From positions 1-63,002 of IMG/VR virus record IMGVR_UViG_3300027782_000083: DNA of 63,002 nt; one strand, written 5' to 3'. A model generated the notes under the pieces. That model had not been told where the DNA came from and did no database searches. It saw nothing but the letters and a program-made list of their open reading frames with translations. The stretch comes from a virus. Its lineage: Duplodnaviria; Caudoviricetes. A program made the translations under genes and the position numbers. This document shows positions 37,610-48,500 of this stretch, one piece after another (the stretch's first letter is position 1; each line of letters starts with the position of its first letter).

Positions 37610-38167
37610 AGTATTGCTCTAGCAAAATGTAATGCGCAGTAGGAGCAGTCATCAATCAAAGCCTGTGCCACTTCTTGTATTTCCTCATCTGTTAGTGTCT
37701 TTGCTGGATGGGTGTAGAGTGGAATATCAAACTCATCGTTAGTTTTTGTTTGCCCAAATCCATAGATTGTTCCATCAGGTAGTGTCTTCATCCACGCTAC
37801 TGGTTTATTGTTCATTTCTGAATCCTATTCCATAAGTCAGACAACGACATGCCTTTAATCTCTCCCCATCCAATGTGTATACAGGCATACATAATGAACA
37901 GGAAGAACGCAAAGACTACGGCAAAGATCAGCACCGCACAGGTGGCTACGAACAAAGCAAACATATTAAGTATGGTGACTATCATTTTGTACGCTTCCTT
38001 TTAATGGCTGGCAACCCAACAGTAACATCTGGCTCCATCATGGCAGCGCCTAATTTTTTTGATAACGTTGGGATTTCTTCTACAGTATAGTTACCGCTCA
38101 TTAAAAAACCAACCATGGCAAAACCAACATATATGGCCTCTAGATGTTCTTTGTCTTGGTCGGTCAT
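37254..38167 (-). CDS. Small genes 37254-37436, 37433-37591, 37588-37815, 37812-37985 (membrane), 37982-38167
   Basis: ATGA-coupled ORFs. Confidence 0.5.
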
Positions 38168-38445
38168 TTCATCTCCAATGTTTCTATTTGTTCAGTCAGA
38201 ATAGAACCTAAATCTTTACCTTTAATAGCAATCATTTGAGCTTCTTTGCAGTCATAGACCATCTGCGCGGCATCTTTAATAGCTTTGTTATAACCACTAG
38301 TAAAAGCATCGTTACCATCAAGAGCCATGGTTATAGCGTCTCGAATAATGACTGATGCTTTACGGCCTTTGGCTGCTTCCTTCAATTTTAAATATTGCTT
38401 TTCTGGCAAATAGACTGAATACGGTATTAGTTTTTTTGCGTCCAT
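38164..38445 (-). CDS. Ribbon-helix-helix-like DNA-binding protein
   Basis: YSVYLPEKQYLKLK...KASVIIRDAI. Confidence 0.5.
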   Translation of the reverse strand: MDAKKLIPYSVYLPEKQYLKLKEAAKGRKASVIIRDAITMALDGNDAFTSGYNKAIKDAAQMVYDCKEAQMIAIKGKDLGSILTEQIETLEMK

Positions 38446-38849
38446 TCCTGAAATTCCTTATGTAATCTATCTAATAATATTTGCGCGCTTCGGTTAGTTT
38501 TAAGGTCAGATCTGGATGGTATGTTCAAGTAATTCCTTACCCAATCAGTTGCATCTTCCATATCTTCATCAAAGATTTGCTCTTCTGAATACAGATACTT
38601 CCAAAACCTGGGGTCTTTACAGAGCATCGCAGCAATACGAATTGCGCGATCCCCTTCAAATTCCTCTTGCCTATCCATTGGCTCTTCGTTTTGGTTGAGT
38701 CTAACCATAACAACTTGATAGCGCGATCCAACAAAATCCCGTAGAAGTTCTTCTGGGATATCGTCTGGGTGCATTGATAAGGTTAAGACATAGCCTGTCT
38801 TATCTTGTTTTAATGCAACCTTTACGCCTTCAAATTGAAGAGTCTTCAT
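38427..38849 (-). CDS. Hypothetical phage protein
   Basis: AAMLCKDPRFW...IPSRSDL. Confidence 0.55.
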   Translation of the reverse strand: MKTLQFEGVKVALKQDKTGYVLTLSMHPDDIPEELLRDFVGSRYQVVMVRLNQNEEPMDRQEEFEGDRAIRIAAMLCKDPRFWKYLYSEEQIFDEDMEDATDWVRNYLNIPSRSDLKTNRSAQILLDRLHKEFQEWTQKN

Positions 38850-39162
38850 TTTTACCTTCCAGATAACTTACAAGATATTTAAGGTGCTGTATCTCTTCCC
38901 AACGCATGATACAAATCTTTGCTAGTTCTTCATTCTCAGCAATATAAGCTTTAAGACGATCCTCTTGTTTTCTAGCAATTAACTCCCAGTCAGTCTTGTT
39001 TGACTCAGCATCCATGCGATCCCATTCTTCTAGTGTTTCAAGAAGATTAGAAGCTTCATTGCGATCTGGCAATTCAAAAACTTTATTTATTTTATTTTTA
39101 GATCCTACTGGACGGCCTCGTTTTTTTAAGACTTCTAACTTAATCTTTTTATTGGTATTCAT
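38830..39162 (-). CDS. Hypothetical protein with AT-hook-like motif
   Basis: KKRGRPVGSKNK. Confidence 0.5.
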   Translation of the reverse strand: MNTNKKIKLEVLKKRGRPVGSKNKINKVFELPDRNEASNLLETLEEWDRMDAESNKTDWELIARKQEDRLKAYIAENEELAKICIMRWEEIQHLKYLVSYLEGKNEDSSI

Positions 39163-39171
39163 GTTATCTCC

Positions 39172-39447
39172 TTAATATGGCAAGTCATCGTCAGATACCG
39201 ATGGCTTAGATTGACCACCTTCCCATGGCTCAGATGCAGACAGGGATAGGTACTTCTTACCAGCAGCAGACTCTTTAGACCATCCTGATAGGGATACCTT
39301 AACCAATGGTCCTTTGGACTTGTCCATCATATTAATGAGGAAAGTCTTATCTAAATAGACATCACCGCGCATATCAGGGTGATTATCAGACTTCTTTTGG
39401 GTATTGCGAAACATCGCACCTGAGTTTGGTTTTTGTTCAAAAGCCAT
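39172..39447 (-). CDS. Single-stranded DNA-binding-like protein
   Basis: HPDMRG...SLSGW...KYLSLS, acidic DDDLPY tail; follows ERF. Confidence 0.55.
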   Translation of the reverse strand: MAFEQKPNSGAMFRNTQKKSDNHPDMRGDVYLDKTFLINMMDKSKGPLVKVSLSGWSKESAAGKKYLSLSASEPWEGGQSKPSVSDDDLPY

Positions 39448-39449
39448 GA

Positions 39450-40148
39450 CTACTCCTTGTTAAATTTGTTTTTGGTTTCTGTAAACTTACCCATCATCTC
39501 TTTAAAGAAGATGGCATCTGTAGTCTTAACTAAATCAAATAAGACCTTGTTCTTTTTAAAGATGTGCATTACATCTTCCTCGTTACTGCAAAGATCAAGC
39601 AACATATGGCATGAAGTCTTAATTAGACCTAGCCATTCTGCGGGATCACCATCAGGTTTAGCTGGCGCTGTAATCTGCCATTCACCTTTCTGGCCTACGA
39701 TAGGCTTTGGCTCGGTTTTCTTAGGTTCAGGTGTAACTTGTGGCGTTACAGCTGGTTTCTTAGCTACCTCTACCGCACCAGTCGTAGCATCCAAGGCGTC
39801 ATGCTCACAAATTTCAAAGCAATTTACCCAGAGATACCTCCGCAAATAACTTTGAACAGCGCCCAAATTTTGCACGTCATGGCAACCTTTAAGGGCAGCA
39901 GAGGACATTGGTGAAGTAAACATAATGGATGTGCCATCACTTACATCGGTAATCTGTAGGAACGCCATCTCATGGTTAAACGACACTACACCGCACAGCC
40001 CTATATCATTGCAGATCTTCTGAATTGCTGGCAAAAAGTCAGACAACTCAAAGTATTCATACCCTGCAAACTTGTTCTTTCCAGACTTGTTCAGCTTTGT
40101 GTTTTGCAACAAGATCCTAGCCTCTTGTAACTTTTTATATACAGTCAT
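39450..40148 (-). CDS. ERF-family ssDNA-annealing protein
   Basis: KSGKNKFAGYEYFELSD, QNLGAVQSYLRRY, EHDALD. Confidence 0.8.
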   Translation of the reverse strand: MTVYKKLQEARILLQNTKLNKSGKNKFAGYEYFELSDFLPAIQKICNDIGLCGVVSFNHEMAFLQITDVSDGTSIMFTSPMSSAALKGCHDVQNLGAVQSYLRRYLWVNCFEICEHDALDATTGAVEVAKKPAVTPQVTPEPKKTEPKPIVGQKGEWQITAPAKPDGDPAEWLGLIKTSCHMLLDLCSNEEDVMHIFKKNKVLFDLVKTTDAIFFKEMMGKFTETKNKFNKE

Positions 40149-40156
40149 ACTTCTCC

Positions 40157-40927
40157 TTAGAATAGGCCGTCAGCCGAGTAAATAACAGTTTGTGGTTGAA
40201 TTAAACGTCTTACGTTTTCATTAGAACAGTAAGCCTGGATAGCGCGTTGTAACTTCAGGTACTTATCATGCTTGTCAGAATCACCGCCATTGGTATGGCT
40301 TAAGAAATATTCACGAGCAAGGATAATAACCTTCTCATTTGGATCTGCCATGATTCCGTCTAGGAATACACGAGCAAAACGCTTAAGTTTCTCAGTATCT
40401 TCCCCGTGGTAAGCAGCCATGGTCAATGCTGCATGTATGATTGACCCAGTTAAATACCTACGATTGCTAACAAAAACATCAGTAGCAAACTCCACATATG
40501 GTTTCATAACAACCAAAAAGTCTAGCTTTTGCATATCTGTAAGACGCTTTGGATGAGCAATGATTGGAACTAAATTAATGTGTTTAGCTTCCATCCAAGG
40601 GGCTGCACCGCTAATCTTTACTCCATCGATCAGGCTTCTGCGTCTGCCTGAGTCAATGCTCATGGCTGCTTCTTTAGAAAGACCTTTGGTAATCATCATA
40701 TAAACAGGCACATTAGCTTTAACTACTGCTGTTAAGCGGTGCTGACCATCTGCCAATGTTCCATCGTCATAAAACGCAATCCCTTGATGGGTAATCTGCC
40801 AGTCATTATTTAAAATAGACTTTGCTAAATCTGTTACTGCTCTTTCAGAAATTCTGCGATTAACTGGATTACTGGCTAACATGTTTCGCGCCATGTCTGG
40901 CGTAACTTGAACTAAATCAGTTCTCAT
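40157..40927 (-). CDS. ParB-fold (DGQHR) protein
   Basis: VTPDMA...NRRI...QGIAF...LADGQHRL...IDSGRRRS. Confidence 0.7.
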   Translation of the reverse strand: MRTDLVQVTPDMARNMLASNPVNRRISERAVTDLAKSILNNDWQITHQGIAFYDDGTLADGQHRLTAVVKANVPVYMMITKGLSKEAAMSIDSGRRRSLIDGVKISGAAPWMEAKHINLVPIIAHPKRLTDMQKLDFLVVMKPYVEFATDVFVSNRRYLTGSIIHAALTMAAYHGEDTEKLKRFARVFLDGIMADPNEKVIILAREYFLSHTNGGDSDKHDKYLKLQRAIQAYCSNENVRRLIQPQTVIYSADGLF

Positions 40928-41799
40928 AACTGCTCCTTTACGTAAGTTTTATATTGTGTACACCATGTATTAACTGGGCAAAAGTTTTCACATCGAGTAC
41001 GCTCGCCCTTGCGTACTTCAATTTCGTAGTTGCTACCTAAGTCTGCGAGTGCAGCGGTGGCAAGTTCTTCTGTTTCGTATAAAGAATGAGCACGTTTGTT
41101 TCCAATTTTCCGCACTGCCCATACTGTAGGCTTTTCCCACATTTCTTCTGGAGTACAGTCTGGAAGTTCTCCGTCAGTTTCAATAGCAAACTCACAAGCA
41201 CTATGCAAAGCGATCCTATTAGCAATAAACGCATCTCTTTCTTCCTTGCTCCATAAACGAATTGGCAACTCTTTAATTGGTGCTTCAGGATAGCCTTCAC
41301 GGGTAGTGGACTCTCTACGATTCCAATCACGAATGATGGCTACGATACCTACGCTAGTAACTGGGATTCTTTTTACATCTTCAACTAGGCCAGCATAGAT
41401 ATTGAGTTGAACTTCCCACTCAAACTTCTCATTCATTACCGCCCAAACTGTAGTGGTTTTGTAGTCTTTAACATCGATGCCATCAGGATTAATTACCTGA
41501 AGATCAATAGCGCCTGAGATACTCCAGCCTTCGTATTCCTTATGGATACGCTGTTCAACGATATGGTTCTCGTCTTTGCCGTGTTCTAAAACATTATGAA
41601 CAGCAGACCCGAAGATAGACCAAACCATGTCAGAGGCATCTTGCTCAATCTCATCCTCAAACTTTTTAGTCAATGCCACAATCTTAGGGCTATTGAGAAG
41701 TTGGGTAACAGACAGATGAGCCTTGCCTTTGCTGTAAGTTGGCCTATCCAAGACGTTCATAAACGTCTGCGGTATATTAAACTTATTGGTTAACTTCAT
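40924..41799 (-). CDS. PD-(D/E)xK (Cas4/RecB-like) exonuclease
   Basis: GSAVH, ISGAID, DYKT, QLNIY, RCENFCPVNTWC. Confidence 0.8.
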   Translation of the reverse strand: MKLTNKFNIPQTFMNVLDRPTYSKGKAHLSVTQLLNSPKIVALTKKFEDEIEQDASDMVWSIFGSAVHNVLEHGKDENHIVEQRIHKEYEGWSISGAIDLQVINPDGIDVKDYKTTTVWAVMNEKFEWEVQLNIYAGLVEDVKRIPVTSVGIVAIIRDWNRRESTTREGYPEAPIKELPIRLWSKEERDAFIANRIALHSACEFAIETDGELPDCTPEEMWEKPTVWAVRKIGNKRAHSLYETEELATAALADLGSNYEIEVRKGERTRCENFCPVNTWCTQYKTYVKEQL

Positions 41800-41800
41800 C

Positions 41801-42028
41801 TTATTTCCCCGCCATCAATAAAACAATGCCAAGAAGCATGACAAACCCAGTGCATCCAATTAATACCAAGCGCTCTAAGTTACGCTGACGATGCCACTCT
41901 GGGGGATGGATAAACAGGCTTTGGATATAAATCATGTCCTCATCATCGATGGGCATGGGCTTGGGGGACTCTTTATAACGACATCCGATCTGTACCCCAG
42001 TCGAAGTGGTATAAGGTGTAGTTTTCAT
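41801..42028 (-). CDS. Small membrane protein, first gene of the recombination operon
   Basis: C-terminal hydrophobic helix; RBS AACTGCTAGGAAGATCAAATG. Confidence 0.55.
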   Translation of the reverse strand: MKTTPYTTSTGVQIGCRYKESPKPMPIDDEDMIYIQSLFIHPPEWHRQRNLERLVLIGCTGFVMLLGIVLLMAGK

Positions 42029-42123
42029 TTGATCTTCCTAGCAGTTAATCAGATTGTAGTTTGCATGATAAAATTACATATGTCAATAGGTCGTACCCAT
42101 ATTTATTCACCTGTTGCATTTTC

Positions 42124-42147
42124 TCACTATAACAGGTGTTATAGTGA
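42124..42147. promoter_or_regulatory. Palindrome in the divergent promoter region
   Basis: TCACTATAACA-GG-TGTTATAGTGA. Confidence 0.55.
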
Positions 42148-42177
42148 CAAAGTGAATGAAATCAATAACTTAGAAAG

Positions 42178-42528
42178 ATGACCATGAAAAATGTTGTTGT
42201 TTTACCCTGGCCTCCTAAAGAATTGTCACCAAATTCAACCTTGCATTGGGCTAAGAAATCTAAGAAAAAGAAAGAGTATCGGACTGCTTGTTGGGCATTA
42301 GCGCTAGAAGCTAAATTAAAAGCCCCCGAAGGCGAAGAAAAGATAGATATAGAGATAACCTTCTGCCCACCAGATAAACGTCATAGAGACGCGGATAACA
42401 TGATTGCATCCATTAAGGCTGGGCTTGACGGGGTAGCCGATGCGCTCAAGGTAAATGACCGCAGATTTTTGCCCAAATTTATATTTACCGACTCTGTTAT
42501 GGGGATGGTCATTGTCGAGATAAAATGA
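42178..42528 (+). CDS. rusA: RusA-like Holliday junction resolvase
   Basis: LPWPP, PPDKRHRDADN...K...DGVADAL..ND. Confidence 0.8.
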   Translation: MTMKNVVVLPWPPKELSPNSTLHWAKKSKKKKEYRTACWALALEAKLKAPEGEEKIDIEITFCPPDKRHRDADNMIASIKAGLDGVADALKVNDRRFLPKFIFTDSVMGMVIVEIK

Positions 42529-42558
42529 AGACGGAGCTATGCTCCTTCACGTCCTCAT

Positions 42559-42589
42559 AGGGGTAGCCTAAAAAACTACCCCTTTTTTT
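42559..42589 (+). terminator. Rho-independent terminator
   Basis: AGGGGTAG-loop-CTACCCCT followed by a T-run, between convergent genes. Confidence 0.65.
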
Positions 42590-45500
42590 ACTCTTCGTAC
42601 TTCTCTAACTGATCGTTAAACCGTTTCATAATGGTGGCCTTCTGATTCTCAATCCGCTTGATACGATCTTTCGGTAGTCCTCTTTCAATAAACTCTTTCT
42701 TTTGTTTATTGAGCGCGTTAATCTGGTTCTCTACCGTGTTAGCCATCTGCCACATTCTGGCCTCTGGGTATTCTTTTAGGTATGGACCTACAGGTTCTTT
42801 GTTCTTTATGCGACCCTTGATCTCATTCTCATGGTCAGCCATCTTAACAATGTTGTTATAGAACCTTTGGGATTCAGCAGCATTAGACTGTGTTTCGCCA
42901 TAGAAACGACCAGCCAAAGGAATGCGGTAGGAAGGTAGCTCTTCACCTGTAATCGCTGACTTAATAGTCTGTTCGGTTTTCATTAGCTCGCGACCAGCAC
43001 CACCAGTAACTTGACCAACAACATAGTCAATCTCATCTGCCGTTGGGCTTATAAAGCCTTTGCTGTATTTAGTACCGCCAGATGCCAAGTTTAGGAAGTA
43101 AGAGATCTGCTTACTGATTTCGCTGGCAGTTTCACGGGAGCGCATGTAACCTGGGGTTGGGTTAGTAGCGCGATCTTCCTTATAGATTGGTCTGCCAAAC
43201 GCATCTTTGTTAGATTCTAGCGCTGCAAATGGGTCTGCGATAGTTGGCAATACAGTCTGCAATGACAGTCCAGAACTACCGATTGGGCTAAACGCACCAG
43301 CAAAAGCGCCAGTCAAACTAGCTACCTTTTTACCAGCATCTTTGCCACCATTAAGAACAAATTCAGTAGTTATACGACCTAAGTTAGGAAGGATGTGTAA
43401 GCCTAATGGATATGGGATTGTGACGAACTTACCATCTGGCATTGGGATAATAAAGTTACGCTCACGGATAAACTCTGGTGGTTCATCTTCGCGGTATCCA
43501 GCTGCAGCCAGCATGATTGCTTGCATTGTGCCAAGCGCAATACCACCGCCAATAATAGCTTTACCTTTTGGTCCTCTTAAGGTCTGAGCAAGACGGGCAG
43601 TACCCTGAACTGACGCATTAAAGAACGCATAGTACGCATTGACACGGGCTGATAGCTGGCCTTTTTTATCAAAGTTAACAGTCAAATTTTTAGCAACGAT
43701 GGCAGCCTGCTGTTTAGATAAGCCCTTGTCGCGAGCAACCATGTAAGCTGATAAGCGAACTGAGTTTTCCATCATGTCGTTAAAGTCAGACAGCGCACCA
43801 ATGATTGCTTTAAATGCTTTCTTGGTATTGCCACCTGGCTTTAGCTTTTTTAACTCATCTTCAACAATCTGCTTATCTTCATCAGTACGAATCAATGAAT
43901 CACGATAGCCAGTCTGAGCGCCTTCTTTTCTGAACTCTTGGAATGCTTTAGCCCATTTACCTGTGGTGTCAGTCTTGCCCTTACGCTCATCGCGCAGTAC
44001 ATTTAATATCCCACGCATAGCAGGGAATATGTTTTTGGTTACTTTGGCTTGCTCACCAGCAATAGCCGTAGTAGAAAGGTTAACGTTAGCACCGCCTACG
44101 TCACGAATTAAGTTAACCACACCGAAGATTGGGTTGTACTGGGTATTGACGGCTGCAAACCAACGGGTAACTTTGCCAATAATTCCTTCGATAGTGCCAA
44201 GATTATCTGCATCTAAGTTCATTAAAGAATGAACCATGCGCTGGGCCTGTGGATCGTTCTTGTTAAAGAAAATGTAGCGATCCTTGCCGTCAATGCGGAC
44301 AGGGAATACGTTATCGCCAAAGCGTTTTAAGTTATCAATCTTAAGCTTGACTGATTCCTCGGTAAACTCTATAGGTAGTCCAGTTTGAGGATCAGTAAAT
44401 TGCTTTCTTTCTTTACTAATGTAACGAGTCTTAGGCTCATCCATCAGATTTTTAGCAATAGCCTCAGCATCATCAAAGCCAAGTCTTCTTAACTCTTCTA
44501 ATAAAGCATCTTTGCTCTTGATTGCATCTGGGTTTACAGGCAGCCAAAATCCAGGGTTAGGATTCATCAAGGCCAAGCCGTATAAAGCCTTGCCTACTTT
44601 AAGTTTTTCTGCACGAATCAGGGCGCGCTCACGCTGGGCAATTAGGTTTCCAAGAATGTCTTGGACTTCCTTCTCAGAACCCATAGCCCGTTTGCTAAAC
44701 TTGCCACGGACACCAAATCCTTTACTTGCACCAGTAGCTCCAAGGCCACCAGTCTTGGCAAAGTCATCTTCAATACGGAAGAGCGGGACATAATGTTCGT
44801 ATGTGTCATTCCAAGCATCAATAGTCGCTTGGCTTTCTGCACCAGAAGCAACTAAGATGTTCTGGGTTTTCTTAATCATGTTGTCAAACTGCTTGGCAAC
44901 ATTCTCTAAAGCGGCTTTCTTCTGTGGATCTAGTTTGGCTAGGTATTCTCTAGCGTCCTTAGTAGAGATACCAGAAGCGCGATCTTGTAACTCCCATGGG
45001 GTTTCTCTTTCCTTGCCAGTGATTGGGTCTTTTTTATTGACCTCATTCATCTTGTTGTTACGCTCTTCTGCATGGCGGTTATGCAGATATTCTTTAAGAT
45101 CCTGTGGTGTCAGCTTGAGCTTGTTCAAATTCTTAATGGCTGGCATTAACTCATTAAGCAAAAACTCACGGATACCAGTAGCTGTTCTGCCATGGTAAAG
45201 CTGTTCTTTCTGGTATACGTTTAAGTTTTCTTCAATCTCACCCGCTGCCTTTTCAATCGCTTGCTGGGCGCGCTTGGTATCAATCTGTTTGTCTTGAATC
45301 TTGTAGATGAAGTTATCTATGGCCTCATCGCTGATGCCACCAAAGTGCTTGATGTTGTCTTCTGGGAAAGCCCAGTTAGCCTGAACCTTCTGGCCTAGGT
45401 AATTGCGAGCTTCTTTAGTAGGCTTTTCCTGACCATCTTTGCCAACTTCTTCATAACGAATATCAGCAACTTCAGGATTAAATTCTCCTGTATTACCTAT

Positions 45501-48500
45501 AGCTGATTTAAGTTGATTAGATTGAAAAGCAATAATTTCGTTGTATGGCTTGTTATCAGGATCAGTTGTTGCATAAATAATACCGTCATAACCCTCTGCT
45601 TTTATTGCGTCCGCATACTCTTTTGATATTAATTCTGGAAACTCTTTGCTCCCGTTAGCAAAAGATTTTCTTGCCCAATCAAGCATAGCGTCATCATCTA
45701 AAACTAAAGGATTTTCTATCTTTGCATAGAGAGGCATTACATTAGCGCCTTCTCTAAATGGCTCAGTCATTGAACCTATATTGTGCATAGCTGGCTGGAT
45801 GTCAGATCTATCGCTCATCCAAATTGCAGGACCGCTCATTTTTACATCAAAACCGCCTGGTTTTAATATAGATAAGTCTTTAGCAGTAGCATGGTATAGA
45901 ACCATTGGACTACCATCTTCATTGGTAATTTTAGAATTACCAAACCATTTCCTAAACTGAGGTGTGTTAGTTTTTAATGTTGGCTCTTCCTCTAAAGCTG
46001 CTTCTTTTTGGATTCGTGCGTCTGTGGTGCTGTACTCACCAGTGTTACCAATTGCAGATTTAATTTGATTAGAGTCAAAAGGAATATATTGTTCTGGTAT
46101 TCCACCTAACTCGTCTCTAGCATCAATGCTCATTGTGGCTTCATCACTTGTTGTGATAATTCCATCGTAACCCTGAGCTTTCCACTTATTAATCTGGTCC
46201 TGAATATCTTTCCTACTCATGCCAGTTCTTTCGCTAAACCTGTTTGCTTCTAAAGCTGACAGGCGTAGTGGATTTTTAATAGATAAATATACTGGGTAAA
46301 CGCGACCACGTTCTCCTTCAGTTCCTGTTCCGTAATCTCTAATATAGTTGTTAACTCTTTCAACAGCTGCACTAGAATCAACTTTTTTAAGTGTAATATT
46401 TTCGGTATATGGGTCTGTTACAGCATCATAGTCAACATCAACTTTACTTAAAGCTTCCCATTTTCCTTTTCCTAAATACTTATAAACACCATCATCAGTA
46501 CCATAATATTTACCAACTTGAGGATTATCATGGTCAGATAATATGCCAGCATAAGGAACTGTTTTTCCTGCCATGCTTGTATCATCTGATAACTTAAATT
46601 TTGTTAAAGCATTTTGACGCCTCTTTAATAAATCAGTTTGTGCATAAGCACTTGATTCTAGTGGACTGTCACTAAACCAAGATGCTGGATCAAAAATATC
46701 AAAGTCTGGCTTGTCTGTACCATGGTAAACAACTTTAGGGCTACCATCTTCATTAACAACTTTAGAGTCACCAAAGAACTTCTTAAACTGAGGAGTATCA
46801 GTTTTAATTGTTAGACCTTCTTTCTTCATGGTCGGGAAGTCATAACCTTCGGTCTGAGCCAGCCTCTGCATATCCTTTGGAGTCTGTGCAAATATCTGGT
46901 CAGAGACAATCATTATGCGATCTAGCGCTGATTGATAGTCTGGGTTTAATCCAATAACTTTGCGGAAAACTTCCATTAACTTAGTTAATGCTGTTTTCTT
47001 ACCCATGTTTACTGTGGATAAATAAGACTGAACGTTCTTTTCAGTTAGCGCTCTAACAAATAATTCATGGATATCAGTCAAAATTGAGCGATTATTTTTG
47101 CGTCCTACTTCATTTAATAAAGGATGCCATTGACTTTTTGGAAGATCTCTTTTCTGACTTTCAATCTGATCTTTGACTGCGTTGTATATCGAGCGTAACT
47201 CGTTATAGATAACCTTTTCTGGTCCTTTGAAGTTCCGCTTAATAAGCGCGTCTAACTGTACTTGGCTAATAACATGCAACAACTCGTGCATGAGTGTGCT
47301 GTAACGCGTACCAGTTGGTGTAGTAGAAGTAGGCTTGCCTTCTTTAGCTTCTTTAGTTCCAACTTCAAATTCAGCTTGGCCTTTAGAATTTAAGCCGTTG
47401 AAAACAACTTTGAAGTATTGAATATTCTTAGTGCGGCCAGTAGCAAGGCCAGAAGCACCATAGTAATTTCTTCTTTTTGAGCCATTGAGTACTTCAATTT
47501 TTATTGGAACACCAGAATCTTCAATTGCTTTGATGTTTACCAATAAGCGATCAGCAATAGCTTTAGCTGCCTCGTTAGGCGCGTTCTCCACAAGCCATCC
47601 AGCTACCTGAGATCCATCAGTCATTGCCTCAATCTCTTTAGCTATCTGCTCAATTGGTTTTTTAGACTTAAATTGTTTAGGCTCTTCAGGGTTCCTGTCT
47701 GGATCAGTGACCTTTTCAACCTCAGCAAATAGATCTGGCTCAGTCTTCTTAGCAAAAGAATCTTTAATAAGCTGGTCTACTGGGCGCTTTGGAACATCGC
47801 CAAACATGTCTGCGCCTTCTTTGCTACCTTCGTTATAAGCATTGTCAAATAGGTTAGACAGATTCTCGCCAATAGCTTTAGATGAACGGGAATTGTCAGC
47901 AAACATCTGGACAATCTGATTAGCCATTGGGTTGGTAGTCATATCAGCTTGCTTGGCTGCATCAGAAAGGCTGGTATTGTTGCGCCTTGCATTGATAGCT
48001 ATCTCAACAGCCTCATTAACTAATGGGCGAACATCATAATCACCAGCGTCTGTAAGACGGATAGCCTTAGATGCTGCCATGTTTAGGGCGCGAACAATGT
48101 TACGAGCCTCTTCGTCCCGCGCTTGGAAGGCTAACTCTGTGAGCTTGTCGTTACCATAAGCCTGTTGGAAGATGGCTGCATCAACGCGCTCTACGGCTTG
48201 CTTGGTAGGATTGCCTTGCTTATCTATTAGGTTGCCTTGCTCTGTAGTAGGCATGGCTTTAATGAAGTCACGAATAGTCTGCTGGCTTACATCACCAGCA
48301 TCGGTAAAGCTAACTGTAGAAAGATCAAGGCGATTAGTATCGTTCTTGGCTTGCTCTACGATATTGAATGACAGGCCAGCACCAGTGTTACTAACATCAC
48401 CAGTATTTGCGTTAACCTGATCCATAGGCATAACACGAACCAACATAGGGTTCTGCATGCCCTCAATGACGTTCTTATCTATGCCATGTAAATCATCGTT

